57,757 nucleotides of DNA from Octopus sinensis (GCF_006345805.1 NW_021833597.1:1-57757); one strand, 5' to 3'; shown: positions 37,846 to 52,142, counted from the stretch's first letter. A program made the numbers and translations. Notes: a model not told the origin generated them from the sequence alone.

Positions 37846-38629
37846 TACTAGTTTCGTATTCGATAAAGAATTTCAATCTAAAAATATAATGAATTATAAT
37901 TATAATAAGGATTCCATTTTGATTACTAAGTTATAATTACATGCTGTACTGCAAGTATTTCTGTTGTTTATATCATCATTCTTCAACAACAGGAGAAATA
38001 CGAAACTAGAGCCAAACCAGTGCTGTTTATACTGACTGTAATTTGATCGTTTCAATAAAAGTATTGATTTCGAAGCCAGAATATTGATGTAAAAGCTAAT
38101 ACACAATCTGGAAAGAGAATCGGTTAATGTTTTCCAATTACATCACTCATCATGTAATGCAGACGCTATGATTGGATAAATGAGATTTCAACCTTTGGGA
38201 AATCTTGAATTCGTGTTCTACTACTTAAAAGAAAGATAAGAGATAGGTTTAGTAGTGAATTGGTTCCAACTGAGGAGAAATTAGTACCAATCGACTCTGG
38301 TATATACATATGCCTTTCGTGTTGTGAGGTTGATTAACACTCCATCAAAACCAAAACGACTGCTGCGCATGTTTGCAGCAATATATAAAGTTACAAATGA
38401 GGAATCTTTACTTTCATTATTCAACACAAAGTTTTGTTGCAATCTTCCCGGCGACCTTATATCGCTGTTTCCGAGTTCCCACGTAACCAGTTGCATGGAG
38501 ATGTCTCCACATAATGTTAAGTTTTTTCTTGCAATATTACGTAAATGATCGAAACTTGATCAACACCGTTCTATTCTTCTTTCTTTCTTTTTCTTCCTTT
38601 TTGTTGCTGCTAAACCGTAGAGAGAAAAA

Positions 38630-38819
38630 AGAGAGACAGACAGAGAGACAGACAGAGAGACAGACAGGCAGCCAGACAGACAGATATATAGACAGAGAAA
38701 GACAGAGAGGCATGAGAGAGACACAGAGAGAGACAGAGATAAACAGAGAGGCAAGGACAGAGAGACACAGAGAGAAATAGAGACAAAGACAGACAGACAG
38801 AGAAAGAGAGAGAGAGACA

Positions 38820-38852
<33 letters not shown>

Positions 38853-39070
38853 GAGATATAGAGACATAGACAGAGAGACAGAGAAAGAGAGAGAGGCACG
38901 AGAGAGACACAGAGAGACAGAGACAAACAGAGAGACAAAGACAAAGACAGAGAGACACAAAGAAAGACAGAGAGAGAGAGAAATAGACAGACAGGCAGAC
39001 AGATGTACAGACTGACAGACTGACTGACAGACAGACAGACAGACATGAGAGATAAAGAGAGGGAGAGACA
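38630..39070. repeat. (GA)n/(GACA)n microsatellite
   Basis: Directly visible. Confidence 0.97.
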
Positions 39071-39607
39071 GATTGAGCTCACTGCCAGATGAAGTTGAGA
39101 GCGTGTACAAATAGCGGCTGTTTGACAAATCTGCAGCGCTGACCTCGGAGCTTCTTGAGTAACGACGTGGGAGAGGAAAGACATGCGGCAACAACCGCAA
39201 CTACAATAACAACGTCAACAACGATCATAGTACTCCCAATCCCCTCAAGAGCTCAAATGTTTTATAATAACTTGACCAAATTATTTAACCTGGTATCAAA
39301 TCAACAGCCAGAAATATTAGGAGAACAACGAATGAGATGCAGCAGAGTATGAGCTCTTCCGGCGTTCACTAAGTAAGATGCTCTTTTCTGATTAATCAAT
39401 AAGTTTTACTGAAGGTTTGTAAGGTTTGTTTATCTCATGCATGGGTCACAGTGTTAATTACTTGACTTTAACTGTTTAAATTGATAATTAATATATAATT
39501 ATTTCAAGAGAAAATGTCGTCCATATTACTTCCAAGTTAGCTTGTTATTTATTCTCTCCATGTCTTCATGTTGCTCTTTCTCTTTCTCTTTCTCCGTCTG
39601 TCTTACT

Positions 39608-39652
<45 letters not shown>

Positions 39653-39663
39653 ATATATATATA

Positions 39664-39744
<81 letters not shown>

Positions 39745-41248
39745 GCGTGTGTGTGTACATATACAAGCACACACATACGTACATACTCCGTGATGCACTG
39801 CACTCTTGAAATATTGTCATAATGAATTCCATGGTTGCGTTGGCATTGTAGCGCCAGGGAGGTAGGAAATATCACTGAGCTGATGGACAAAGACAAAAAG
39901 TAAAGAGCAACAACGTACGGACAGAAATAATGAATACAGTAATAAAAGATACACACACACATGTACACACGCGCATATATATGTGTATATATATATATAT
40001 ATATTATATATATATATATATATATATTCATAACTGTTATATATCTGAAATAACTATGTTTGTTATTCGACGAAGAACGGGACAAACATCACCTGGTAGA
40101 AGCATAAACGTATAGACGGAAGGGACTAAGATGCCGTAGTCGAAATAGAAAGGATACAATTGACTCTGACTTGAAGGAAATTTTCAGTCGAGATGACAGA
40201 AAAGGAGTGTTGAATTTGGGAACCAGCTCGCAGTAATGGTTGTAACGAACTGCGTAATTGTGTGTGAGACAGGGAGGGGGAGGAAGCGTAATTATGAGAG
40301 ATAGAGTCTGTAAAGGACCAAGAGACGGGCAATAACGAATACGCACAATGAGAGACGGAGAGAGAAGTAGCATGGTCGCTGTGATGGTTTCTCGGTGAAG
40401 GGAATGTTTCTCGTTGTATTGATTGATCTGGGAAAGTATGTTTTCGAGACACAAGTAACTAACTTAAACATTGTGTAAGTTAAGAGCATATGATATTTGC
40501 AAGGGAAAGGGATAGCATGTTGCATTAGTTTTAGAAACTTCCTGTCTTTTTAGTGAATTTTATGTTGTTTGATGGATTGCACCATATAAACCAGATATAA
40601 CGGATAGGTACCAATACGTATAAGCTAAATTTACGGCGCAGCCAATTGTAAAAAATAAAAGCGTGACACTATATTAAAGGGCAATCTGCTTCTATTCCGA
40701 TGACATATTTCCCAACTTTTACTGGTGAATGTTTATGGTTATAAATTATGTGTTTGTTCAGTTTTCCATACAGGTAGTGCTTACTTATCTTTAATCCAGG
40801 TATATGTAGAACATTATTTATCATTTCATCATTATACACAGTTCTACTTAAGCCTTACCTGTTAAATATCTTTATTAAATAATTCCTGAATTTATAGATA
40901 GCGTTACTATTCATATTAGATATCATCTAAAGATTCGGAAAGAATATTATGAGATCGCACCAGATGATCACGAGTGGCAATCTTTGATCATAAGCGTATT
41001 CAATCAGACTTAAACAGCAACATCTAAAATGTGAGGTTTAGCATTTTTAATAATTTTAACGGATTTAATTTTGTTTCATTCATGTAAAGAGACTGTGTAG
41101 TTGAAGTGAGTTAACTTGACATGTGTAATAATTGCGTATTGGTGCTGTTGATGAAATACCTTCATGGCGCCATGCCGTGTTCGCTTTTATTTTTGAAAGA
41201 AGCTGTTCAAATCTTGCATGTTATATTACGTAGTGTGTGTGAAAATAA

Positions 41249-41291
<43 letters not shown>

Positions 41292-42199
41292 TATATAATT
41301 AGAGATTGGGTGGAGGGAAGGAGGGAGAGAGACAGACAGAGACAGGGATAGAAACAGAGATATATAGAGAGAAACAGAGATAGACAGGTAATAGATGAAT
41401 GCTGTGGGTGTGCATATGCTTAAATGTATGCATATATGTTTGTAAGTATATATGTGTATAAATAAAACATATATAATACATATCTGTGTATGTGTATGTG
41501 TGTGTGTGTGTGTGTGTGTGCGTGTGTGTGTGTGTGTGCGTTTGCAAGCGCATGTGATTTTGGCATTTCGCGCGTTATGCAAAACAGTTGGGTGTACGTG
41601 CATTCATACAAAAACATGTATTATGTATTCATGTATATATGTATACATGCATATATGTATGTATGTATGTATGTATGCATGTATGTGTGTAAGTATGTGA
41701 GTATATATTTATGTATGTATGGATGTATGAATGTATGTATGTATGTATGTATGCATGTATGTATGTATGTATATTCATGTGTAGTGGCAGAAAAGTAAAT
41801 TATTTTAGACACTATGGGAGCTTTCAGATTCAATTTTACAATTATTCAAATTATAACTCTCAGCAATGACAAAACATTTATTTTTCTTCTTTTCTTTTCT
41901 CTTCTTTTCTTTTTTCATCCGTAATCCAATACAAAGAATTTTAAAAAATCAACTCTGAAGAATATGTGGATTTCTTCCTCGTTTCTAAAGGTACTCGAAA
42001 ATTGAAAATAGAAGGTTAATATTTCTCATGCAAATGAATTGAATTAATGCAGATGAACCGGTCACGTACTAAAGTCAATTAAATTTTACTAAGGTCAATC
42101 TAAATCGAATCTACACTATCCATAAAATGTGTCTAATAAATGTATTTGTGCTAACATTTAAAGCTGTAATTATTTACTTTCAATCTGCATGTTTGTTAC

Positions 42200-44340
42200 A
42201 ATCACTCGCCGAGACACACCCAGCGTCCTAGAACGAGTGAAGGATAAGACATGTTACAGTATGACTGAAAGCTTGGAGAGGGGAAGTGGCAGCGGCAGTG
42301 GAAAAATATCTTCAGGTAATACAACACATACATTTAAATTGATAGGATTTTCTAAGGATGTGAGCGGTACTTGTCAACACAGTCTTTTGGATTTCTCTGA
42401 AATATGGTTCTCCTGGGATATTATCTAAATGTTTCTGACATCCCTTTCTTATCATACCAAGGGCACCCAATATAACAGGTTCTCGCTTTAAGATGCCACA
42501 TCTTTTGTATTCCAATTTCCAAGTCCTATTATTTAATTTGTCGAATTTCTTTACTGATATATTTTTATATATAGGAACACATTTTCTGTCTTTAATGACT
42601 ATGTCTGATCGATTAGCATGGATAGTTTTATCGGTGTTGACTGGAAAAATCCGAGAGGATAGTGACATTTTTACCTTCAACGACTGGCTCATGATTATGT
42701 TCAAAGTCAGTGTTGTTCTCCATGATCTCCTGCTTACAGACAAAAATTTCGCGGAGTGGGTGCTATTTTATACATTTCCAGACATTTCTTAATCCAGCTA
42801 TGTGGCAGACTACCAGAAGTATTTTTATAGAGCTATGGACAAGTTTTTGTGTCGTTTGTGACAATCTTCCAAGATCATCTTATTGATAAGTAGCTGACCA
42901 TATGACCCACGTTTACATCTTTTTTGTTAATTATGGAATACGCCACTTTCTCTTTAAAAACCATAGGTATATTCAGTCAAGGCAGATGTTAATATCTTAT
43001 ACATTGTTGCTAAGCAGGTTATGGGTCTATAATTTTTTAGTCCATTGTTTCTTCATTTTTTGGAAGTGGGAATGTTAAACCATTAACTAACCAAGAGGGA
43101 ATCATACTAGGTCTTTGTAAAACATTGTTGTAAATTTCGTAAGCAGTTCATGGCTCTCTGGGAAGGTATTCAACCAGAAGTAAGGAATTCTATCCTTTTC
43201 TGGAGACTTCCATTTGCTTGACTTCCTGGGAGCAGATCTTACATTCCCTTTCTTGATACCCTCCCACTTTTGCTCTTCTAAGGACTCTAAGTCTATAGAT
43301 ATGCTATTAATCCAAAGAGCCTTTTCATTGTGTTTTTTCTTCTGCCCATATTTTATTATTAAATTCCTGTACTTCTTTTGATAGGGCTGACTTTATTGTA
43401 ACTGATATTTCCCTAGCTTCCTGTAAACATTTTTTGGGTTATTTTTAACACGCTTTTCATACCTTTCATGCCTTGCTATTCGGTATACCTTGTGTTTAAT
43501 AGTTTCTATGGGGGTATCGATATCAAGTATGGTTTTCATATTATATTTTTTCTTTAATTTTCGGATTTTTGCTGGTTTGATAGCTTTGTCAAACTTAAGG
43601 TCTTTTAAACATTCTATGTCAGACCTAAGTAGCTGAATTTGGTGTAGAACACGCTCTTGCCAGGTAGGCTTTTTGTGGGAATGTTGTCGTGTTCTAATCT
43701 TTTCACCACATAGAATCGTTGAGAATTTCCCGGATGCATAGTACAGGTGGCTGAGATCTGTAAAATCAACATCGTTAGCTGAAAATATATCCTTAAGTTT
43801 AACGTGGATTTCACCAATTACTTTCAGGTTTTGGTTAGAATTGCGAATTTTTAGGAGAGTGTCGCGTTCATTCATACTAGTTTCTTTAATTTTCAAACAT
43901 TCAATCATGATTTGATTTTTAGATCACAGAGTTCTTTTTGGTCGATTTCTGTGTGACCTTCTTCATCTATTTGATTTTCATCTGCCTTAGTGCTTATGGT
44001 TGGTTCAGGGAGTATTTTACTTTGCCTATCAGTTACATTAACTCTTTCAATCATTACTGAATGTTCATCAAACCTGGATTGCTCTATAATTATTTCCTCT
44101 GTAGTATAATTATTTCCTCCTTTAGTTGCAGCTTCCTTCCTTTTATTCTTTACTGATTGTTTAATTTGGTCAATCTCTGATTCAGTTTGTAGTTTCTTTT
44201 TCATAATGTTTCTTCTGCCATTGAGAATTTTGTTACTGCCTATGTAGGTATTACTTGAAGTTGTTTCTGTCTCCAGTTTAAGTAGTTTTGTACAGTATTA
44301 GATTTATTTGTGGGGGATACATGGCATGATAGTCTTTAAG
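42200..44340 (-). mobile_element. Decayed R4/Dong-like RLE non-LTR retrotransposon with internal deletion
   Basis: N-terminal KKPTWQERV..IQLLRSDI; RT motifs KSSKWKSPEKD, NYRPITCLATMYKILTS, KRCKRGSYG/QLLINKMILED, LPHSWI, SWRTTLTL; then directly the RLE region DFPVNTDKTIHANRSDIVIKD, PVILGALG, EIQKTVLTSTAHILRK. Confidence 0.9.
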
Positions 44341-44343
44341 AAC

Positions 44344-44387
<44 letters not shown>

Positions 44388-44392
44388 ATTAT

Positions 44393-44622
44393 TTCTTTAC
44401 TACCCACACGGGGCTAAACACAGAGGGGACAAACAAGGACAGACAACCGGATTAAGTCGATTACATCGACCCCAGTGCGTAACTGGTACTTATTTAATCG
44501 ACCCCGAAAGGATGAAAGGCCGAGTCGATCTCGGCGGAATTTGAACTCATAACGTAGCGGCAGACGAAATACCGCTAAGCATTTCGCCCGGCGTGCTAAC
44601 GTTTCTGCCAGCTCGCCGCCTT
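44393..44622 (-). mobile_element. Family B SINE within a (TTA)n array
   Basis: Reverse monomer flanked by TTA repeats. Confidence 0.88.
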
Positions 44623-44663
44623 CTTCTTATTATTATTATCATCATCTACCATCATCATCATCA

Positions 44664-44705
<42 letters not shown>

Positions 44706-44708
44706 ATT

Positions 44709-44775
44709 AGATACACCCAGTGTTTTGGTGCGAGTGAAGGATAAGGGATGTTACAGTTTGACTGAAAGCTTTTTG
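44709..44775 (-). mobile_element. Short 3'-end copy of the R4/Dong-like element with (TAA)n tail
   Basis: Diverged direct repeat of 42212-42275 (ACACCCAG...CGAGTGAAGGATAAG..ATGTTACAG..TGACTGAAAGCTT), followed on the minus strand by (AAT)n. Confidence 0.7.
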
Positions 44776-45461
44776 TTGCTTTCATGTCTGCAGACTGGCT
44801 ACAGCATCCAGCGGACCTTGCTGTTGCGTCAGTAGATTTTTTTCTTGTAAAATATTTAAGTATTAACCCGCTTTAACAGGGTGCTTGCGCGTCGTACTTG
44901 CCTACGCATGTATATGTGCCTGTGTGTGTATGTATATATGTGTGTACACACGTATGCATATTTGTATATATGTATGAATGTAAGTACGTGTGCATATTTG
45001 TATATATGTATGTATATTTGTATAAATGTATATATTGTATATGTATGTATATATGAATGTACGTGTGTATGAATGTATGTATATAGGGATGTGTATATAT
45101 GTGTGTATGCATGTATGTATGTATGAATGAATGTATGTATTTATGTATTATGCATGTATGTATGTATGTATGTATATATGTATGTAAGTATGTATGTATG
45201 CATGCATGTATGTATGTATGCGTGTATGTATGTACCTGCTGATATATCAGTATGTATATGTATTCGTGTGTATGTATGGGTATATGGATGGATGGCGTAA
45301 ATATAACATTTCACTTAAAAGTATAAAATCTCTTTTTGTTTTTAAATTCACTTTATTAAAAATTTTTATGCAAATTCAGTGCTAGCATAAATTAAAATAA
45401 ATATTAGAAGATTTTGTTTATGATGTTTTTGCCTTAATTGTCTTTGTTGTTACTGTTGTTG

Positions 45462-45493
<32 letters not shown>

Positions 45494-45902
45494 GGTGGTG
45501 GTGGTGGTGGTGGTGGTGGTGGTGGTGGTGGTGGTGGTGGTGGCTTTCTACAATATATTACAAAGGGTTATGTATCGTTAGGCGGGAGTGAGTGGAGACA
45601 TCGCTACAGAGAAAGAAGTGGTTTTACCGGGGGAGAGTGAGGGAGAAAGAGAGGGGAGTGGGGAAGTGCTTAGTTTTAAAAGAGAAAGCGAGGTGGAGTA
45701 TTGACAGACAGAGGATGAGGAGATGTGAGAAGAAGAGAAAAAGAATTCATTTCAACCAACAAATGATGATTAATAAACAAAGTTTTAAAAAATGGTTTAT
45801 TATTTACCGCATCATTATTTATATATTATCCGCGCCTCTCCACCTCTCCGCCTTACTCTGTATACATATCTGTGTGTGCGTGTGTACGTATACGGGTGTG
45901 CC

Positions 45903-45940
<38 letters not shown>

Positions 45941-46407
45941 CATATACTTACATGCATATATATAATTAAATATATATATTTATGTGTATATGAATAAATA
46001 TATATGTATAGATATATATGCATATATATATACACATATATATATGTATGTGCGAATATATGAATTATAGATATACATATACGTATGTATAGGTGGGTAT
46101 ATATATAAATGTAAGTGTGTATGTATGTGTGTATATATATGTGTGTGTATATATATGTGTGCATATATATATAATATATATATATATACACACACATAAA
46201 CTAAAAACCTGTTATCCTTGCACATATAAGCGCAACAATACATGCCCGCACACATATGCGCATGTATAAACATATATACATATATATACGCACATATATA
46301 TATATATATATATATATATAGTGTGTGTGTATGTGTGTGTGTGTGTGTTTGTTGTATGTGTGTGTGTGCGCGCGTTTTGGCTGTGTATGTGTGTTTGTGT
46401 GAATATT

Positions 46408-46441
<34 letters not shown>

Positions 46442-46798
46442 TGTATGTATGTATATGTATATATAGATATATAACACATTAATAGCGCTCTCTTTGTTGT
46501 TCTCGTTCTTCATAATAGTTACGGTTTCCATGAATATTGCTACCGTTTTTTTTTGTTTTGCTTCTATTTATTTTTTGCTGTTTCTTTTGTTATTGTTATT
46601 ATGTTTGTTGTTGATATTGATATAGATTTTGCTAATTAAATCGCTAAGGGTTAACGTGAATTTATTGATTTTTATGTTTGACAAATATTGCATTAAATTT
46701 AAGTATAAGAATAGCCATACACAGAGCCACGTAAATGAATAAATGCTTCATGGCTATGTTTATGTGTGTTTGTGTGTCTGTGTGTGTGCATATACATA

Positions 46799-46843
<45 letters not shown>

Positions 46844-46905
46844 GTCATATATAAGCATATATACACATATAGATGTATGTATATACACCTAAATATACAT
46901 AGAGA

Positions 46906-46950
<45 letters not shown>

Positions 46951-46997
46951 ATAAAAGAGTAAAAGAGAGTAAAAGAGTATATATATATATATATTAT

Positions 46998-47079
<82 letters not shown>

Positions 47080-47439
47080 AGACATACGTATAAAAATATT
47101 CGTATGTGTCTACACGCACACACAACACACATAGACGTACATACATATGTGTGTGTGCGTGTGTGTGTGTCTGTGTCTGTGTGACTGTGTGTCTGTGTGT
47201 GTGTGTATACATGTACATTTTGTATTTATACTCACACCGGCGGCCATTATGGATGCTAACGAATGGAAACGAGTACAGTTATGTTATAAAAGGTAATTTT
47301 AGTTTAATTTCAGAGACGGAAACCAAAACCAATTCTAACAACTATTTCTTTGCGTAAAAAAAAAAAACACGCTTTTCACCAAATCACTATTTCGGAATCT
47401 GAAATCAAACTGTCACTTATTGCCAATGAGCGATCCTTA

Positions 47440-47870
47440 CATACACACACACACACACACACACACAGAAACACACACACACACACACACACCACACACA
47501 CACCACACACACACACACAGAAACACACACACACACAGAAACACACACACACACACACACACCACACACACACCACACACACACAGAAACACACACACAC
47601 ACACACACAGAAACACACCACACACACACACAACACACACACACACCACACACACACACACACCACACACACACATACACACAAGCGCGAGCGAGCACAC
47701 ACGCACGCACATACATACACACACATGCACACACATACACACGCACACTTACATACGCACACATACACACACGCACACACACACATATACATACACACAC
47801 ATACACACACATACACACACTCTTACACACGCACACATGCACACACACGCACACACACATACACTGATCC
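47440..47870. repeat. Interrupted (CA)n array
   Basis: Directly visible. Confidence 0.97.
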
Positions 47871-48180
47871 CAACAGACATGACCTTTAAATTGAAGTGTC
47901 TTCATTTTCCTGTAAGATTTAGTTTTGCAATGTAAGTTAACAACAGTCAAGGACAATCACCCACAATTGTCGGACTTCACCTCATGCAACGATACTTTTC
48001 CATGGTCAGCTTCATGTTGATTGTTCCAGAAATAGAAATGGTAACAATCTTTTCCTACTCACCCCAAATGGCAAAACTAAGACCATCGTTTATCCAGCTG
48101 CTTTACAGTGATCTTCAAATGTCAGAATGATGCAAAATTCTTCAAGCGTGATACTTTGTGATACAGTGTTCTACTGTATC

Positions 48181-48240
48181 CACGGGCTGACCAAAGCCTT
48201 GTGAGTGGATATGATAGATGGAAACTGAGAGAAGTCCGTC

Positions 48241-48307
<67 letters not shown>

Positions 48308-48560
48308 ATATGTATTGTATGTATATATATATGTATATATGTATGTATATATATTATATGTATGTGTCTTTGTTCCCCCACCATCGCTTGACGACATTTT
48401 TTTATGTGTCCATGTTCCCGAAACTTAGCGGTTCAACAAAAGAGACCGATTGAATAAGTACTGGGCTTACAAAGAATATGTCGTGGGGTCGATTTGTTTG
48501 ACTAAATGTGGTGCTGCAGCATGGCCGTAGTAAAATGACTGAAGCGTGTAAAAAAGAAGT
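48181..48560 (+). mobile_element. Family C SINE lacking its head, expanded internal (TA)n
   Basis: GACCAAAGCCTTGTGAGTGGAT...GCATGGCCGTAGTAAAATGACTGAAGC. Confidence 0.8.
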
Positions 48561-49320
48561 ATACATATAAGAGAGAGAGTGGGAGGGGAGAGAGAAAGTG
48601 TGAGAGGAGGAGAGAGAAAGAGAGAGAGGAGACTCACAATTTTATAAGATCATGTTGTGAACAGTGCGAAGATTGCAATAAGCTTGTGAAATTCCAAGAT
48701 TTTCAATATGTGTGGACTGGTTGCCACAGCGTAGCTCAACAAATATAGTTTTAGCTATTCCTAGAATATTGGTGTAAAGTAAACATTTCTGAAAATACAT
48801 GATAAATGATTCCTCAAGCAAAACATCATCAAAATTTCACAATGAACACGCTTCAGTGCCATATAATTTAATATGGTGTAGACTTAACCGAATTTCGAAA
48901 AACACGACGTATCCAAGAACAGATATTAAAATAAAATGTTTGCTTTCTGCTTCTTTTTTTTCCATATAAACTGAACTGTTTATGAGAACTACAGAGAGGT
49001 TCTTAAACTAGACATAGTGTCAGTGTTTTTGATTGATGAAAAGAAGATAAAGATTGATTTCTTGAAAGGTCACCAAGGTAAATAAGAGCTTCTTACCGAG
49101 TGACATAAGAACATGAAGTTCTTCCTAACTGGATTTCTTTGGTGAAGAAACAAAATTGAAAGTGGAACATATGCTTGGATGACATTTAATTTCAATCCAC
49201 GAGAAAAATTTATAAATGAAACATGAGATGAATATATAACTTATAGACTACTCTCTCATGAGTTTGCTGTGTTGTATCTAAATTCTCCTATGCTACTTGT
49301 TTAACAGATCCTTATACCAT

Positions 49321-49765
49321 AAAGCGGCGAACTGGTTGAATCGCTAGCACACCGGGCAAAACACTTAGTGATATTTCGTCCGCTTTTACTCTCTGAGTTC
49401 AAACTCCGTCGAGGCCGATTTACCTTTAATCCGTTCGAGGTCAATAAAATAAGTACCAGTCGAGCATTAGGGTTATTGTAATCGACTTAGACCATCACCC
49501 GGAAGTTGCTACCTGTTTGCCCAAGCAAAAGACCAATATATTCCTGTGCCGTAAGGCAGCGAACTAATAGGATCTTTAGCGTGCTGGAAAAAATGTTCAA
49601 CGGTATTTAGTCCGTTTTTATGCTTTGAGTTCAAATTACGCCGCGGTCGACTTTACTTTTCATCTTTATGAAGTCGATAAAATAAGTCCCACTATAGCAC
49701 TGGGGTAGATTTAATCATCTTAGCCCCTCCCCTGAACTCGCTGGCCTTGTGCCAAAATTTGAAAC
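49321..49765 (+). mobile_element. Two adjacent degenerate family B SINEs
   Basis: Heads near 49321 and 49552, each with the GAGTTCAAA..GTCGA core. Confidence 0.75.
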
Positions 49766-49914
49766 TTATATCTTCGTATTTCTAGTATAAAACTGGAGAA
49801 AGCCAGATTTGTAAGTCTTTTTACTAGAAAGTCTTCGATTAATAAATTGTGATTAAGACCACAATTATTCATATTATCTTGGAATTTCGTTGATGAGTTT
49901 TATTCTTTTCCTTT

Positions 49915-50153
49915 TCTCTTATTCATTTCAGTTATTTGAGTGCGGCCATGCTAGAGCAATGCCTTGAAGGGTTTTTAGTGGAACAAATCGAATCCAGGAC
50001 TTATTCTTTGTAAGCCTAGCACTTATTCTATCGGCCATTTAACCGAACCGTTGTTACAGGGACGTAAACTCACAAGTATCGGTTGTCAAGCGATGGTAGG
50101 GGACAAACACAGACACAAAGACACACACACACATAGACGCGCACACACAAACA

Positions 50154-50184
<31 letters not shown>
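49915..50184 (-). mobile_element. Family C SINE, 3' half
   Basis: Tail module; its internal (CA)n joins the RTE fragment at 50185. Confidence 0.8.
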
Positions 50185-50185
<1 letters not shown>

Positions 50186-50610
50186 TGCGCGGCACTGCAT
50201 CCACCACTTGCTTGCGCGGGTCGTCCCGAGCACCCCTCAGAACAGTGTCGTAGCCAGTCCTCATCTCTGCAAGATACACTTTCATCTGCCTCGACTATGT
50301 GACATGTGGACGACCATTACAAGCCGTCACCCCAGCCTTACCCTCAGAGAAGAGAACACGATACGCTGGATCCAATTAGGAAAATCGAGTGTCATGACCA
50401 AACATTCTGAGCTGATGCTCCTGAATCATGCAAGTAACAACACGTATCCCAGTTTCTGAGTACAGTCGTTGGTTGGATACATAATCTGACTTATGGGATC
50501 CCAAGAACCCCGGTGAGTGTCCAAGTCCCACAACTATAGAGCGAGGCAAGGAGGACCAGAGACCTGAAGACCCGAAACCTTGTCCTCCTGCTCAGATATC
50601 GGCAGCGCTA
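50185..50610 (-). mobile_element. RTE-like LINE 3' fragment
   Basis: RYLSRRTRFRVFRSLVLLASLYSCGTWTL, DYVSNQRLYSETG, EHQLRMFGH, GRPHVT, VVDAVPRMC, ending in (GT)n. Confidence 0.85.
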
Positions 50611-51005
50611 TAATTCTTGTCTAACGCTTTCACAACTTCACCAGAACGTCCAAGTCTCTTTAAGACTCCGGACTCTATAGATGTGGTAGAAATACATAAT
50701 ATCGATCAGACAGAAATACAGGAATTTTTAATCTAAGATTTCTTGAAATGATTTAACGGGTTAATATATTCGAAAAACAGTATTCTAGTTCTTAATACAG
50801 TTACCAATTAAGGAATATCATATAATAAAGTAAAGAAGGTTACAAGGCCGTTTTGCATTATATCACGTTGTATCGTAAATGCCAAATGAATTTTTTGTTA
50901 AAAAGATATGTTTATTACGGAGGGATGTGATGGAAATAAAGAAAACGTAAGGCTTTGTGGTTATTTAACTGTCAGAGCCTAGTGATGAAGAAGTAGAAAT
51001 AAAGT

Positions 51006-51178
51006 ATATCTCTCCTTTTCATCTTACCTTCCTCTTGCCAGGTAAGTATTAAATTACAGGCAACATCTCTACTTTTGATCTTATTTCCATCCTTGCTAGG
51101 TAGATATTACCTTATCGGCAATATCACTCCTTTTGATTTGGTTTTCCCTTTTGGCAGGCAATTATTACCTTATTGGCA
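51006..51178. repeat. Three imperfect tandem units of 57-58 bp
   Basis: Units start ATATCTCTCC, ACATCTCTAC and ATATCACTCC, and each ends in GGCA. Confidence 0.75.
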
Positions 51179-51884
51179 TTATGTACCAGGCAAAATGAAG
51201 TGTAGTAAGATCAAAAGGAAAGGAAGAGATTGAAAGGGATGACATGCTTGGTGATGGAGAACGAACTGCGGGAGAATTAACATATATTTTAGAAGAAATG
51301 TTTGCCTAAAGCTGTTTTCAACATTATTTCATAATCGCAAATATGGTGGTGCGCTGAATTGAGATAGCGTGATGTTCAGTCATTTCCTAAAGAAATTAGA
51401 TAAAAGTGAAAATTAGTCAGCCGCAACAGATTTTCATATTAGACTCACATGGAGCATAATTTGACGCTATGCCATTAATAATATTTAATGTAAGCACAAG
51501 AAAACAAATTTACGATGAAAGTTTACATGGTTAAATCGACATCAAATCTTGGCTGGTACAATCGACTCCAAATAATAAAAGGGCATGATTGACCTCTATA
51601 GTGTTTCAATGCAAAACGTAATGACAGCAGAAATACCACAGAGCATCTCATCAAGCGCGCCCTAGCGATTCTGGTAATCTACGCAGAGATATAATAATAA
51701 TGGTTATCTACAGTCCTACAATCCATATATTTTTAGAAGAGGTAGTAATCGATAGAACCAATCTCAGTTTACAGTAGTTTTCAATACCAGAAAATTGAAA
51801 AAGTAAATCGCGACCAGACAGAATTTATGTAAGGAAGAATTAAATACATTACGGACTATAATTTATAGAATATAATTTAAAGAA

Positions 51885-52085
51885 TGGGATGCATCCCAGT
51901 TTCTGAGATGGTCGGATACGTAATCTGACGATGGTAACCCATAATTCTGTGATGCGTCCTGGTAGCAAAGGCTTCCAGGCAGCTCCCAAGAACCCCAAAG
52001 AGTACCCACATTTCGTAAATATAAAGCAATGCAGGGAGAGCTTGAAGACTCCAAACCTTGTCTTCCTGCTTAGATATCATCAGGA
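51885..52085 (-). mobile_element. RTE-like LINE fragment, same family as 50185-50610
   Basis: LPALLYIYEMWVL..LEAFATRTHHRIMGY..SETGM; nucleotide similarity to the 50.2-50.6 kb copy. Confidence 0.8.
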
Positions 52086-52142
52086 AATGTAACTTTCTCA
52101 AATGAAATATATTATAGCAATGTTGCTCATCAGAAGGATCGT

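Noticed and set aside
38281-38548. Overlapping 71-74 aa ORFs in unique DNA
   Set aside because: No recognisable motif; such lengths are expected by chance.
48030-48130. Perfect GTGAGT donor on the minus strand
   Set aside because: Upstream frames contain stops and there is no convincing acceptor.
50560-50590. CTGAAGA-CCC-GAAAC-CTT-GTC hammerhead-like string on +
   Set aside because: No room for stem II, stem I does not pair next to the core, and it is the antisense of RTE coding sequence.
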